Shown piece by piece: positions 63,274 to 64,000 of a stretch of 64,000 bases of DNA. The notes under the pieces were generated by a model. The model saw nothing but the letters and a program-made list of their open reading frames with translations, was not told where the DNA came from and searched no databases. The stretch lies in the NCBI RefSeq assembly GCF_028641065.1, contig NC_073391.1:45942001-46006000 (forward strand). The letters are read 5' to 3'. Source of the stretch: Leucoraja erinacea (lineage: Eukaryota). The number at the start of each line of letters is the position of its first letter. The first letter of the stretch is position 1. The position numbers and the translations under genes are program-made.

Positions 63274-64000
63274 GATGTGTGGAAACCCAAATTCTTCTAT
63301 GTACAGCACTTTTTGGTTTCAACGCGAGTTGATTTAAATGTGCCATATAAATAAAAATTGATTGATTGATTGAAGTCCGGACTCCGTACCAGTTACCACG
63401 AACAAGGATGTGAACAACAGCCGGAAACACCACCCAGGACGAGCACAGCTGCCAAAGAGACCACCTGTCGTTTCTCTCTGGGGTTTCTCTCTGCTGTTCA
63501 TCACACCCAGGACTGAGCATGCATCCTCAGTAAGGATTATATTATTGTCATTTGAAAATTTAGTGTCTACGGTGATTTTATACTATGGTGGCGGATGTGT
63601 TGCCACGGTTTTAGACAATAGTTGCAGGAGTCGGCCATTCGGCCCTTCGAGCTGTGATCATGGCTGATCATCCGCAATCAGTAACCCTTTCCTGCCTTCT
63701 CCCCATATCCCTTGACTCCGCTATCTTTAAGAGCCCTATCTAACTCTCTTGATGAAAGCATGCAGAGAGCCGGCCTCCACTGCCTTCTGAGGCAGAGAAT
63801 TCCACAGATTCACAACTCTCTGGGTGGAAAGGTATTGGCTTCATCTCTGCCCTAAATTCTTAATTTTGTATTGTAACTATTATTTTGTATTGTAATTGAA
63901 TACATTATTTTTGATTTTTTTAAGAAAAGGACTGAACCCTGGTCACCATTGGAGTTTGTTTTGATGTTGTTAGTATCTATAGCATCCTATAACCCCCCCC

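Overview
Vertebrate genomic DNA, most likely from a cartilaginous fish (skate/ray-like; inferred from the CR1/HER1-type LINEs, V-domain SINEs and Penelope elements). The window is a tandem cluster of C2H2 zinc-finger genes: 6 apparently intact ORFs of 8-22 fingers, plus at least 5 truncated or pseudogenised copies. They are built from one repeated unit: a CpG-rich promoter and non-coding exon 1 (ZNF143-, NRF1- and ETS-like motifs), an intron, a single finger-array exon and a polyA module. The proteins appear to be fingers only, with no KRAB, SCAN or BTB domain. Paralogues differ mainly at recognition-helix residues and by gain or loss of finger blocks. The space between genes is packed with nested mobile DNA: CR1, L2, Rex1/Babar, Penelope, V-SINE, Helitron-like ends and hAT/Harbinger-like MITEs. 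The most unusual signals are (i) a 910-bp fold-back element with YAAAGATCTT termini and an 8-bp TSD, plus two tiny TSD-flanked palindromes made only of those termini, which look like P-element excision footprints; (ii) short TSD-flanked Penelope-derived insertions carrying a hammerhead-like core, one inside a ZNF exon 1; and (iii) Helitron-like termini co-oriented with and bracketing ZNF units. Splice sites, transcription-factor motifs and TE family calls were made by eye, and most TE boundaries are approximate.
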